Shown: in pieces, positions 1 through 10,049 of the stretch | Position numbering within the stretch: the first letter of the stretch is position 1 | Layout of the letters: each line of letters begins with the position of its first letter | Source of the DNA: Halothiobacillaceae bacterium UBA5861 | GTDB lineage: Bacteria; Pseudomonadota; Gammaproteobacteria; UBA5861 | Length of the DNA: 64,000 nucleotides | Direction of reading: 5' to 3' | Assembly: GCA_002432635.1 (NCBI GenBank) | Contig: DJFX01000047.1 | Location: 320,766-384,765 of the forward strand | Translations under genes and position numbers: made by a program | Notes under the pieces: generated by a model | Databases searched by the model: none | The model's input: only the letters and a program-made list of their open reading frames with translations | What the model was told of the DNA's origin: nothing

Positions 1-236
1 TTACTCTCATAAGATAAGGTTAAAAAACCATTCTAGTGTCATTGATGCCATATCACATAGATACCACTCAATATGTATCAGGCGCGCCTAAACCATAACG
101 GCAAATTCTAGCAACCTTTAAAGAAAGCCGCTTATTACTATCTTGACAGAAGAAAAAAGGAACCCCTTGCCAATCACCCAGTGATTGATACACTCAAATG
201 CATATTACGAGCTAACAACCACAGGCTAACTTAATC

Positions 237-689
237 ATGATAAGCCGAATTCAAAAGTTCTTTCAAAGCAGTATGTCGCAAACAGACGAACAATTATCGG
301 ATCACCGCCTGAATATGGCGGCAGCGGCACTATTGATTGAAATTGGACGCGCAGACTTTTCCCTCCAGCCGGAAGAAATCGAAGCCATCACTCAATCACT
401 GCAAAAAACATTGGACATATCCGATGCGGAATCCGCAACGCTTGTGTCCATGGCAATGGAAGAAAGCGAATCCGCCTCTTCGCTCTACGAATTTACGAAA
501 TTAATCAAAGACCACTACACACCGGAGCAAAAACAAACGCTGATGGAGCAACTCTGGCGAGTCGCATTCTCAGATAATCAATTAGATAAATACGAAGAAC
601 ACCTGCTGCGCAGAATTGCTGACTTGATCTACCTGCCACATAAGGACTTCATCCAGGCCAAACACCGCGTAGAGGAGGAAGCGTGTTAA
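237..689 (+). CDS. TerB-like domain protein (tellurite-resistance TerB / DjlA N-terminal-like fold)
   Basis: 150 aa acidic helical protein; resembles TerB-family small proteins; stop overlaps the GTG start of the downstream HtrA protease. Confidence 0.45.
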   Translation: MISRIQKFFQSSMSQTDEQLSDHRLNMAAAALLIEIGRADFSLQPEEIEAITQSLQKTLDISDAESATLVSMAMEESESASSLYEFTKLIKDHYTPEQKQTLMEQLWRVAFSDNQLDKYEEHLLRRIADLIYLPHKDFIQAKHRVEEEAC

Positions 690-2056
690 ACCGCTTTGAT
701 GGCCTGAGCAAATCCCTGCTTGGCCTTCTGTTATTGCTGGTTACACTTCAACAGGCTCACACCGCTTTGCCTGCGGCCGTTAACGGCCAGCCCATGCCAA
801 GTCTGGCTCCAATGCTCGAAAAGGCCACTCCTGCCGTGGTCAATATTGCCACGCGAGGCGCTGTCAGAGTCCAGAGCAACCCTCTTTTCCAAGACCCTTT
901 TTTCCGCCGTTTTTTTGACATCCCCGATCAACCACGGGAGCGACAAACACAAAGCCTGGGGTCTGGTGTCATTGTAGACGCCAAACAAGGGTATATCGTC
1001 ACAAACCACCATGTCATCGAAAACGCGAATAAAATCGAAGTCACACTCAATGACGGGCGACGTTTTTTTGCCAAACTACGCGGCAGCGATCCACTGGCCG
1101 ATATGGCGGTTATTCAAATCCAAGCCAGCCAGCTCACACAAATTCCCTGGAGTAATTCCGACACGCTGCGCGTCGGAGACTTCGTGGTGGCTATCGGCAA
1201 CCCTTTTGGCCTTGGGCAAACAGTCACCTCAGGGATCGTCAGCGCACTGAGCCGAAGTGGCTTGGGCATTGAAGATTATGAAGACTTTATCCAGACAGAC
1301 GCCTCAATCAATCCTGGAAACTCCGGCGGTGCACTGGTCAATTTGCGCGGTGAATTGGTGGGCATCAACACCGCTATTTTAGGCCCCAGTGGGGGTAATG
1401 TTGGGATCGGCTTTGCCATTCCGGCGAATATGGCCAAGCAAATCATGCAACAGCTGATTGATTATGGCGAAGTCCGCCGAGGCCGCCTGGGCATCAGCGT
1501 TCAAGACCTCTCTGCCGACTTGGCCCAAAGCCTGAGTATCACAGCACCTCAAGGTGTCATCGTCACGGAGATCGAGGCGGACTCTGCTGCTGAGAAAGCT
1601 GGTCTCAAAGTCGGAGATGTCATCACCATGCTGGAGAACCGGCGCGTCACCAGTGTTAACGATATCCGCAATATCATCGGCCTGTTACGCGTCGGCGAAC
1701 AAGTCAACTTGCAAATCATCCGCGATGGGAGAGCCGTCATCATCCGCGCAGAGATACAGGAGCGTTCAAAAACACTTGCAAATGGGGAGCAAATCTCCCC
1801 TTACCTTGTCGGCGCTGAATTTGCCTTTCACGAAGAGAAAGACCGCTACCAAACGATCGCATACGTCTACGTTCAACACGTGGACAAACGCAGTCCAGCC
1901 TGGGAAGCCGGGTTGCGGGAAAAGGACATCATACTGTCAATTAACCGGAAACGCGTGCAAGATCTGGACGACTTGCTGCGCCTTGCGGCAAACGAGCCGG
2001 AATTACTCCTGAACATTCAACGTGGCCAGCGCGCCTTTTTTATTCTGCTGAGATAA
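683..2056 (+). CDS. degP: periplasmic serine endoprotease, HtrA/DegP/DegQ family (trypsin domain + two PDZ domains)
   Basis: Signal peptide, catalytic motif GNSGGAL, HHVI His region, two PDZ-like C-terminal repeats; GTG start at 683 preceded by GGAGGA at 674-679. Confidence 0.85.
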   Translation: MLNRFDGLSKSLLGLLLLLVTLQQAHTALPAAVNGQPMPSLAPMLEKATPAVVNIATRGAVRVQSNPLFQDPFFRRFFDIPDQPRERQTQSLGSGVIVDAKQGYIVTNHHVIENANKIEVTLNDGRRFFAKLRGSDPLADMAVIQIQASQLTQIPWSNSDTLRVGDFVVAIGNPFGLGQTVTSGIVSALSRSGLGIEDYEDFIQTDASINPGNSGGALVNLRGELVGINTAILGPSGGNVGIGFAIPANMAKQIMQQLIDYGEVRRGRLGISVQDLSADLAQSLSITAPQGVIVTEIEADSAAEKAGLKVGDVITMLENRRVTSVNDIRNIIGLLRVGEQVNLQIIRDGRAVIIRAEIQERSKTLANGEQISPYLVGAEFAFHEEKDRYQTIAYVYVQHVDKRSPAWEAGLREKDIILSINRKRVQDLDDLLRLAANEPELLLNIQRGQRAFFILLR

Positions 2057-2272
2057 ATGAAAGGGGGTACCAGCCACTCAATGTCGGCACCTTCGCCAAG
2101 CGTTCCAGTTTGCGAGAAACTTGCGTCTACGCCCCGAGCTCTTAATAACCCCAATGCCCTCAGGCTAGGGTCTGTGGCATTTAGCTAGAAATGAAACACC
2201 GCGGAAAATATAACCTTTAAAGCCTTTTGATAGGGGATCTGCGAGTGTTAGCAAACGGTCCGCCCTATCTTT

Positions 2273-3955
2273 TTAATAAGCGGCAGTTCCTCCCTGGTTA
2301 CGGGGATCATTTACGCCCTGCAGCACGCCATCACGAAATAAGACGGAATTAGCATCTCCAATCAGACGCTTGCTAACGGTGAGCCCTTGGTGTTGTTTCT
2401 GCTTGAGTTGTTTTAGCGTATCCGGCGACAAAGCGTAAGGCTCATAAAAAATCTGGTTAGGCTTCCACTGGTGGTGAAAGCGCGGCAAGCCCACTGCGTC
2501 ATTCAACGACATCTTGTGGTCAATAATGTTTAGGATGACTTGCAACGTCGTGGTAATGATGGTGGAACCACCAGGGGAACCCGTGACCAATAAGGGGCGA
2601 CCCGCCTGGCTGACAATCGTCGGCGACATGGAGCTGAGCATGCGCTTCCGGGGTTGAATCGCATTCGCCTCACTGCCCAGCAAGCCGTAACTGTTGGGCA
2701 CACCGGGTTTGGCGGCAAAATCATCCATTTCGTTGTTCAATAGAAAGCCGGCGCCCGCCACGACAATTTTATTGCCATAGCCCCAGTTCAGCGTTGTGGT
2801 CACCGCAACGGCATTGCCCTTTGCATCCATAACGGAGTAATGCGTCGTTTCCGGGCTCTCCGCTGGGATGCGGCCCGCTCCCACGGCCTCGCTGTCCGTG
2901 GCTTTATCCGAATCAATGTCACTGAAACGTTGCTTCGCATACTCAGGTGAAATCAAGGTCTCTACCGGTACGGCATAGAAGTCCGGATCACCTAAGTGGA
3001 CAGCACGATCCGCATAGGCCCGGCGCTCGGCCTCAACCATTAAGTGCACCAGTTCGGCGCTGTTCCAGCCGAGTTCAGCAACCGGGTAAGGGGAGAGCAT
3101 GTTCAGCATTTCCAGAATTAACACTCCCCCTGATGAAGGCGGGGGCATGCTGGTAACCCGGTAGCCCCGATAGGTGCCAGAAACCGGCTCCCGCCATTTG
3201 GCCTGGTACCGGGCAAGGTCCTCCAGCGTTATTTGCCCATTCCCTCTGGCCATTTCATCAACAATGAGCTGCGCGGTTTCACCTTTATAAAAACCCTCTT
3301 TTCCCTGATCAGCAATACGTTGCAGTGTTTTGGCCAAATCAGGCTGCTTCCAAAGGTCACCCGCCACATAGGGCACGCCGTTACGGCTGAACGTTTCCAT
3401 CGATGCGGGGTAAGCCGCCATACTTTCCAATTGCTTTTCAAACTGCGCAGCAAGGTGAGCCGGTAAAACAAAACCTTTTTGGGCCAGCTCTATGGCAGGT
3501 TTCAGGACATCACGCCGCTTGAGTGTCCCGTACTTTTCCAGTGCGTCCAGCAGCCCGGCCACACTGCCCGGTACCCCGGCGGCTTTATGCGTTTTGACCG
3601 AGTCACGCGTCACATTGCCTTGATCATCCAGGTACATCGTGCGGTGCGCACTCAACGGCGCAACCTCGCGGAAATCCAGGGCCACCTGATCACCCCCCTG
3701 GGTGTGGATAACCATAAACCCTCCTCCTCCCAGGTTGCCGGCCGAAGGGTAGGTGACGGCCAGCGCAAAACCAACCGCAACCGCTGCATCAATGGCATTG
3801 CCTCCCTGCTTCATAATGCTGACGCCAACTTCTGAGGCTAATGCGGATGCAGAGGCAACCACGCCCTGTCGGCCGTCAACCGGCACCGGTGTTGCCGCAA
3901 AAAGCAGTGGGGGCGTAAGCATCCAAAGCAACAAAATGGGAAGGATTCGACGCAT
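2273..3955 (-). CDS. ggt: gamma-glutamyltransferase
   Basis: 560 aa, signal peptide, conserved GGT autoprocessing region TTHYSV and C-terminal GSPGGSTIITT motif. Confidence 0.9.
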   Translation of the reverse strand: MRRILPILLLWMLTPPLLFAATPVPVDGRQGVVASASALASEVGVSIMKQGGNAIDAAVAVGFALAVTYPSAGNLGGGGFMVIHTQGGDQVALDFREVAPLSAHRTMYLDDQGNVTRDSVKTHKAAGVPGSVAGLLDALEKYGTLKRRDVLKPAIELAQKGFVLPAHLAAQFEKQLESMAAYPASMETFSRNGVPYVAGDLWKQPDLAKTLQRIADQGKEGFYKGETAQLIVDEMARGNGQITLEDLARYQAKWREPVSGTYRGYRVTSMPPPSSGGVLILEMLNMLSPYPVAELGWNSAELVHLMVEAERRAYADRAVHLGDPDFYAVPVETLISPEYAKQRFSDIDSDKATDSEAVGAGRIPAESPETTHYSVMDAKGNAVAVTTTLNWGYGNKIVVAGAGFLLNNEMDDFAAKPGVPNSYGLLGSEANAIQPRKRMLSSMSPTIVSQAGRPLLVTGSPGGSTIITTTLQVILNIIDHKMSLNDAVGLPRFHHQWKPNQIFYEPYALSPDTLKQLKQKQHQGLTVSKRLIGDANSVLFRDGVLQGVNDPRNQGGTAAY

Positions 3956-4011
3956 GATGACCTCCTGGTAAACCGCGATTTCAACAACCTTTGGCTGTTA
4001 TCGCGCGATGT

Positions 4012-4821
4012 TTATGTTTTGAATATTGCATGCACCGGGTCACCCACGGCAATCTGCCCTGTTTTCACGGGGATGGCATTTTGCCCAAAAAAAATCTGCC
4101 CTTGCCAGGCATGCATTTGTTTCAGTGTTTTTAAGGGTTCGTGACGATCCGGGCGCTGACCGGTGACTTGATCGATTGTTGTGATTTGGCATCGGCTACA
4201 GGGCTTCACAATGTTAAGCCTTATTGTATCTGTCTCTATCGCCTGCCATGTGTCTTCTGCGAACGCTTCACTGCCGCTAATCACAATATTAGGGCGAAAG
4301 CGGTTCATGGGAACCCGGTGTTCTAATGAACGATTCAATATCTTCAAAGAGGCTTCTGTCACAACCAGCACCGGAAAACCATCAGCAAAGCTGACAATAT
4401 CACCCTCACCACTCCGATAGTCCGGATCCACTTCACGCATGACGGAATCTGGCATGTAAACCAGACGGCAAGCCTCTCCAAGAAAGTTCGACAGCCATTG
4501 ATCAACTTCCACGGAGCACGCTGCAGCTTGCAGCCGGTCACCCCAAACCGTGACGGGAATCCATTCTTTTCCCCTCGGCTGCGCCAGAATACTGTCTCCT
4601 TCAGGGCCCGCTATCTGTAAGCCGGTTTCAACAACGCGGGCTTGCAACTGGGCCATCTGAGGATGTGTCCGCTGAGTGAGAAAGTCGCCGTGAACATCAA
4701 CCAGCATCCAACGGCGATCATGTTCCAAACCCCGTGCTTGAAGCGCGGCGGTTTCAACCGATATTCCTTGGGCCGATTTTAAGGGATAGTAAGTCAAACG
4801 GGAGATCTGCAAGGTCATCAT
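4012..4821 (-). CDS. MOSC domain protein (YcbX-like, MOSC N-terminal beta-barrel + MOSC domain)
   Basis: 269 aa; N-terminal YPLKS motif and C-terminal conserved Cys (VKPCSRCQ) typical of MOSC proteins. Confidence 0.75.
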   Translation of the reverse strand: MMTLQISRLTYYPLKSAQGISVETAALQARGLEHDRRWMLVDVHGDFLTQRTHPQMAQLQARVVETGLQIAGPEGDSILAQPRGKEWIPVTVWGDRLQAAACSVEVDQWLSNFLGEACRLVYMPDSVMREVDPDYRSGEGDIVSFADGFPVLVVTEASLKILNRSLEHRVPMNRFRPNIVISGSEAFAEDTWQAIETDTIRLNIVKPCSRCQITTIDQVTGQRPDRHEPLKTLKQMHAWQGQIFFGQNAIPVKTGQIAVGDPVHAIFKT

Positions 4822-4908
4822 TCAATATCCAAACGAAATATCAACCACTTCGGTTTGATCAAAATACGATAAACTCTACATATTCTTGCACACTATGATG
4901 ATGGAAAA

Positions 4909-5382
4909 ATGATTGATCAAACAAGCCCTCCTGAATACTACCTGGATGACCTTGAAATCGGAATGACCTTTGAGTCTGACCAGTACACAATCACCGAAGA
5001 AGAAATCATCACCTTCGCCAAACAGTATGACCCGATCTATTTTCATGTCGACCCAGAAGCGGCTAAACAGTCAGAGTTCGGTGGGCTGATCGCCAGTGGG
5101 TGGAATACAGCAGGGATCGCCCAACGCCTCTCTGTTCAAGGCTTTATGCACAAAATCGCCGGCATTGTCTCCCCCGGTATTGAGAAAATGTACTTCCTCA
5201 AGCCGGTGTTCCCGGGCGATACTCTGCGCGTGATCTCAACGATCACCGAAGTCAAACCCTCTCAAAGCAAGCCTGACAGGGGCGTTTTTCGCTATGAGCA
5301 CAAGGTGTTTAATCAAAATGATGTGTGCGTGATGACCATCGAATGCATGGTATTAGCCTGGCGCCGACCTGGTACTCACTGA
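4909..5382 (+). CDS. MaoC-like (R)-specific enoyl-CoA hydratase/dehydratase, hotdog fold
   Basis: 157 aa hotdog-fold signature (FAKQYDPIYFHVD, ASGW). Confidence 0.7.
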   Translation: MIDQTSPPEYYLDDLEIGMTFESDQYTITEEEIITFAKQYDPIYFHVDPEAAKQSEFGGLIASGWNTAGIAQRLSVQGFMHKIAGIVSPGIEKMYFLKPVFPGDTLRVISTITEVKPSQSKPDRGVFRYEHKVFNQNDVCVMTIECMVLAWRRPGTH

Positions 5383-5622
5383 TTGGCGCAAGCATGACGA
5401 GAGCAACCACTTTTTCCATGGGTTAACGCTGATCATTTTACATTCGTAATGCCACATTAACGCTTGACAATAAAGTGCTTTAGACTGGCATTGCATTATA
5501 TCTAACTGCTAAAATATTGCTTTTCTGCATATTTTGTTTTAGATGCTCCCAAAAGCCCTGCTTAATGCAATAGCAAACAAAGCGGTACATTCAAACTAAC
5601 CCAATACGATTCGAGAGAGAAC

Positions 5623-7704
5623 ATGACAGATTTGAGCCATTACCGGAATATCGGGATATTCGCCCACGTTGACGCCGGTAAAACGACAACCACAGAGCGC
5701 ATCCTTAATTTGACAGGAAAGACGCACAAAATCGGTGAAGTGCATGATGGCGAAGCAACCACTGACTTTATGGACCAGGAGCGTGAACGGGGCATCACAA
5801 TCCAGTCAGCTGCAACCACCTGTTATTGGGGAGACCATCGTCTCAATATCATCGATACGCCTGGGCACGTAGACTTCACCATTGAAGTCTACCGGTCACT
5901 CAAAGTACTTGATGGCGGTGTGGGTGTTTTTTGCGGATCAGGTGGCGTGGAGCCTCAGTCAGAAACAAACTGGCGGTATGCCAACGAATCCAAAGTAGCG
6001 CGGATCATTTTCGTCAACAAATTGGATCGCCTGGGCGCTGACTTCTTCCGTGTTGTCGGTCAAGTCGAAAAGATTTTGGGAGCCAAACCACTTGTCATGG
6101 TCCTTCCCATCGGCCGTGAAGACGAATTTTCAGGTGTTATTGACCTCCTGACTCGCAAAGCCTGGGTCTGGGACAACAGCGGTGACCCCAAAAATTATGA
6201 AATCCAGGATGTCCCCGCTGACATGGTTGATCAAGTTGAAGAGTACCGCGAAAAACTGATCGAAACAGCCGTTGAGCAAGACGACGATTTAATGGAAGCC
6301 TACCTGGAAGGAGAGGAACCCTCTCTTGACGATATTAAACGCTGCATTCGCAAAGGTACGATCAACCTCGACTTTTTCCCGACCTTTTGCGGCTCGGCCT
6401 TCAAAAACAAAGGTGTTCAAATCTTACTGGATGCTGTCGTCAGCTATCTGCCAAGCCCGACCGAGGTGAACCCTCAACCAGAAGTTGATCTGGAAGGCAA
6501 TGAAACAGGTGAGTTTGCTGTCGTTGATGACGGCCGGCCTCTTCGTGCACTGGCCTTCAAAATCATGGATGACCGCTACGGCGCTTTGACGTTTACACGC
6601 ATCTATTCCGGCAAACTTAAAAAGGGCGATACGGTCCTCAACACCTTCACCGGAAAAACCGAAAGAATCGGGCGTATTGTCGAAATGCATGCTAACTCCC
6701 GTGAGGAAATCGATTCGGCTCAGGCGGGTGACATCGTTGCAATTGTCGGCATGAAAAATGTCCAAACCGGACATACGCTGTGCGACCCTAAAGCACCTGC
6801 AACGCTGGAACCCATGGTCTTCCCTGACCCGGTGATTTCTGTCTCTGTCACACCGAAAGACAAAGGCAGTACTGAAAAAATGGGACTTGCCTTAAGCAAA
6901 ATGGTGCAGGAAGACCCCTCTTTTCAAGTGGAAACCGACCAGGAAAGTGGCGAAACCATCATTAAAGGCATGGGCGAACTCCACCTCGACGTCAAGGTAG
7001 ACATTCTCCGCCGTACTCACAATGTAGACGTTGAAGTCGGTAAGCCCCAGGTGGCTTACCGAGAAACAATCACCCAACGCGTTGAAGACAGCTACACCCA
7101 CAAGAAACAATCCGGTGGCGCCGGTCAGTTTGGTAAAATTGACTATGTCATTGAGCCCGGCGAAACAAATTCGGGATTTGTTTTCGAATCTAAAGTCACT
7201 GGTGGTAACGTGCCTCGGGAATACTGGCCAGCTGTTGAAAAAGGCTTTGGCTCCTGTATGCAAGAGGGCATTCTCGCAGGCTTCCCTCTATTGGATGTCA
7301 AGATTACCTTAATGGACGGCGCCTACCATGCGGTTGACTCTTCCGCTGTCGCTTTTGAAATCGCAGCACGTGGCGCCTACCGCCAATCCATACCCAAAGC
7401 AGCACCACAGCTGCTTGAACCGGTGATGAAAGTCGATGTTTTTACACCGGAGGATCATGTCGGCGATGTGATTGGTGACTTGAACCGCCGACGCGGCATG
7501 ATCAAAGCACAGGACCCTGCTTCGACAGGCGTCCGGATTAAAGCGGACGTGCCTCTGAGCGAAATGTTTGGTTACATTGGCGACTTACGCACTATGACCT
7601 CAGGACGTGGCCAGTTCTCTATGGAATTTTCACACTACATGCCGTGCCCAGCCAATGTTGCTGAAGCTGTCATTAAAGAAGTCAAGGAACGCAAAGCCAG
7701 CTAA
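5623..7704 (+). CDS. fusA: translation elongation factor G paralog (EF-G2-type; not in an str operon context)
   Basis: 693 aa; G1 motif [17 protein letters not shown], full EF-G domain set; flanked by unrelated genes rather than rpsL-rpsG/tuf. Confidence 0.85.
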   Translation: MTDLSHYRNIGIFAHVDAGKTTTTERILNLTGKTHKIGEVHDGEATTDFMDQERERGITIQSAATTCYWGDHRLNIIDTPGHVDFTIEVYRSLKVLDGGVGVFCGSGGVEPQSETNWRYANESKVARIIFVNKLDRLGADFFRVVGQVEKILGAKPLVMVLPIGREDEFSGVIDLLTRKAWVWDNSGDPKNYEIQDVPADMVDQVEEYREKLIETAVEQDDDLMEAYLEGEEPSLDDIKRCIRKGTINLDFFPTFCGSAFKNKGVQILLDAVVSYLPSPTEVNPQPEVDLEGNETGEFAVVDDGRPLRALAFKIMDDRYGALTFTRIYSGKLKKGDTVLNTFTGKTERIGRIVEMHANSREEIDSAQAGDIVAIVGMKNVQTGHTLCDPKAPATLEPMVFPDPVISVSVTPKDKGSTEKMGLALSKMVQEDPSFQVETDQESGETIIKGMGELHLDVKVDILRRTHNVDVEVGKPQVAYRETITQRVEDSYTHKKQSGGAGQFGKIDYVIEPGETNSGFVFESKVTGGNVPREYWPAVEKGFGSCMQEGILAGFPLLDVKITLMDGAYHAVDSSAVAFEIAARGAYRQSIPKAAPQLLEPVMKVDVFTPEDHVGDVIGDLNRRRGMIKAQDPASTGVRIKADVPLSEMFGYIGDLRTMTSGRGQFSMEFSHYMPCPANVAEAVIKEVKERKAS

Positions 7705-7720
7705 CCTTGTACACATGCTT

Positions 7721-7756
7721 TGCCATAGGTGGAACACTTCTGCCTATGGCATCTTA
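7721..7756 (+). terminator. putative intrinsic terminator after the EF-G paralog (9 bp stem tgccatagg/cctatggca, 13 nt loop, weak T-tract)
   Basis: Perfect inverted repeat 17 nt after the stop codon followed by tcttagc. Confidence 0.4.
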
Positions 7757-7904
7757 GCGCCCTACCTGACATTTACCTTTTTATACCAACGGGTTAACCA
7801 AAGCCGTACGCTCCACTGGGCTTTCTGTATTAGACCCTCAACAACACCTCTTATACTCCTCAGCGGAGTTACAAAAAGCCAGCGCCAACACATGAGGTTT
7901 TTGA

Positions 7905-8570
7905 ATGAATGATTACCTGATTGCTCCCTCTATCCTCTCTGCTAACTTTGCCCGCCTTGGCGAAGATGTTGAAAATGTACTCAGTGCCGGTGCAGATATT
8001 GTCCACTTTGATGTTATGGACAACCACTATGTACCTAACCTGACCATTGGGCCGATGGTTTGTGAAGCACTGAGAAAACACGGGATCACAGCACCCATTG
8101 ACGTACACCTGATGGTCAAGCCCGTTGACAGACTGATTCCTGATTTTGCGGATGCCGGGGCCACATACATCACCTTCCACCCAGAAGCGAGCGAACACGT
8201 TGACAGAAGCCTCCAGCTGATCCGAGACTGCGGTTGCAAAGCCGGCCTTGTCTTTAACCCCGCCACACCCCTGGATCATATGAAATACGTCATGGATAAA
8301 ATCGACATGGTTTTACTCATGTCGGTGAACCCTGGGTTTGGCGGGCAGCGCTTCATCCCCGCAACACTGGATAAATTAAAGGAAGCCCGCTATTTGATCG
8401 ATGCTTCAGGCTTCGACATTCGCCTGGAAGTGGATGGTGGTGTCAACATCAACAACATTGCCCAAATAGCTGCCGCCGGGGCGGATACCTTTGTCGCCGG
8501 CTCTGCCATTTTTAATGCGGATGATTATGCCCAGGTGATCCAGGCCATGCGTGCAGAACTGGCGCGATGA
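7905..8570 (+). CDS. rpe: ribulose-phosphate 3-epimerase
   Basis: 221 aa; [17 protein letters not shown]-terminus and conserved DGG/metal-binding His/Asp pattern. Confidence 0.9.
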   Translation: MNDYLIAPSILSANFARLGEDVENVLSAGADIVHFDVMDNHYVPNLTIGPMVCEALRKHGITAPIDVHLMVKPVDRLIPDFADAGATYITFHPEASEHVDRSLQLIRDCGCKAGLVFNPATPLDHMKYVMDKIDMVLLMSVNPGFGGQRFIPATLDKLKEARYLIDASGFDIRLEVDGGVNINNIAQIAAAGADTFVAGSAIFNADDYAQVIQAMRAELAR

Positions 8571-9259
8571 AACCCGCCCTAAAAGCCATTCTCTTTGACC
8601 TTGATGGCACCTTGGTCGATAGTGTGCCAGACCTTGCCTGGGCAATTGACCAAATGCGGGACCACTTTCAACTCCCTCCTTGTGGTGAAAATCAGGTTCG
8701 CAACTGGGTAGGAAACGGCGTTGATCAGTTGGTGCGGCGGGCGCTGACAAATGGCAATGATACAGCGCCAGTCGACCCCATGCTCTACAGCAAAGCACTC
8801 ACATCTTTCAAACACCATTACGGCTGTGAACCTTCCCGCTACAGCCGTACCTACCCGCATGTTGAAGATACCTTGAATCACTTTGCTCGTCGCAATATCA
8901 AGCTCGCCGTTGTCACCAACAAAGCCACACGTTTCACAGAACAATTGTTGGCGGACAAAAAGCTGGATTCCTGGTTATCTGCAACGGTTTGCGGCGACAC
9001 TTTGGCCGTCAAAAAACCTGCACCACAACCACTCTCCCACGCATTGAAGTTGATGAACGTGGCGCCGGATGAAGCCGTGATGGTGGGCGACTCCAAAAAT
9101 GACGTCGGCGCTGCCCGAGCGTTAAAGTTACCGGTTATTTGTAAAACAGGGGGGTATAACCACGGTGAGGATATCGCCCTCAGCCAACCTGACGCGATTT
9201 TTGATGACTTCTCAGAATTGCCGGACTGTATCGATCAAGTTTGGCATGCCGGACAATAG
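8567..9259 (+). CDS. gph: phosphoglycolate phosphatase (HAD superfamily)
   Basis: HAD motif [11 protein letters not shown] at N-terminus; ATGA overlap with rpe stop; classic rpe-gph pairing. Confidence 0.8.
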   Translation: MKPALKAILFDLDGTLVDSVPDLAWAIDQMRDHFQLPPCGENQVRNWVGNGVDQLVRRALTNGNDTAPVDPMLYSKALTSFKHHYGCEPSRYSRTYPHVEDTLNHFARRNIKLAVVTNKATRFTEQLLADKKLDSWLSATVCGDTLAVKKPAPQPLSHALKLMNVAPDEAVMVGDSKNDVGAARALKLPVICKTGGYNHGEDIALSQPDAIFDDFSELPDCIDQVWHAGQ

Positions 9260-10047
9260 TAGCTTGCCCGCTGGGCAATCACCTTTCGTTTGATGGGACG
9301 ATGGCATTGCTGACAAGGCGCACCGTCCCGCCCATAAACCTGCAGTGATTGCACGAAGTACCCGGGGTTTCCCTCTGCATTGAGAAAGTCCCGTAACGTT
9401 GTTCCGCCTTCCTGAATCGCTTTTTTGAGCACACGTTTAATAGCACCCACAAGCTGCTCAGACTCCGCTTTCGTGAGCCTCCCTGCCGCTCTTCCTGGAC
9501 GAATACTCGCCATAAAGAGTGCTTCATTGGCATAAATATTCCCAACGCCAACAACGACATGGCTGTTCATAATAAATGACTTAATCGGTATACGGCGGTT
9601 CCGAGTCACTCGGTAGAGATACTCTGCATTAAACTTTGAACTCAAAGGCTCAGGCCCCAGTTCAGCAAGCAAGGGATGTTCATATGGCTCTTCTGCCGTC
9701 CACAGGATTGCACCAAACCTCCGTGGGTCATGGAATCTGAGCGATGTGCCCGTCTCAAAACAGCAGATAAAGTGATCATGTTTTCGATAAGGTTCTTCTT
9801 TAGCACAGACCCGCAAACTCCCAGACATCCCCAAGTGCATCATGACGGTACCCTGAGTCATTTCCAGTAAAAGGTATTTGCCCCGGCGATTGACGGCGGC
9901 AATATGATCCCCCACTATTGATCGAATAGACTCCGGCACTGGCCATCGCAACTGGGCATTTCGCACCATCACCTCGGTCACGCCTTGGTTTAATATATGC
10001 GGCTCAATACCTCGCCGCGTTGTTTCAACTTCAGGTAATTCTGGCAT
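9235..10047 (-). CDS. mutM: formamidopyrimidine-DNA glycosylase
   Basis: N-terminal MPELPEVE (catalytic Pro2) and C-terminal zinc finger CPACQ; start placed at internal Met giving Pro2 rather than the upstream ORF-track Met. Confidence 0.9.
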   Translation of the reverse strand: MPELPEVETTRRGIEPHILNQGVTEVMVRNAQLRWPVPESIRSIVGDHIAAVNRRGKYLLLEMTQGTVMMHLGMSGSLRVCAKEEPYRKHDHFICCFETGTSLRFHDPRRFGAILWTAEEPYEHPLLAELGPEPLSSKFNAEYLYRVTRNRRIPIKSFIMNSHVVVGVGNIYANEALFMASIRPGRAAGRLTKAESEQLVGAIKRVLKKAIQEGGTTLRDFLNAEGNPGYFVQSLQVYGRDGAPCQQCHRPIKRKVIAQRASYYCPACQT

Positions 10048-10049
10048 AG

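Noticed and set aside
143-148. TTGACA hexamer upstream of the TerB-like gene as a sigma70 -35 box
   Set aside because: No acceptable -10 hexamer at 16-18 nt spacing
720-2012. Short ORFs overlapping degP on alternative frames or antisense (720-977, 731-1012, 1011-1250, 1554-2012 etc.), and similar small ORFs inside most other genes in the track
   Set aside because: Fully embedded in conserved genes, no motifs, lengths consistent with chance
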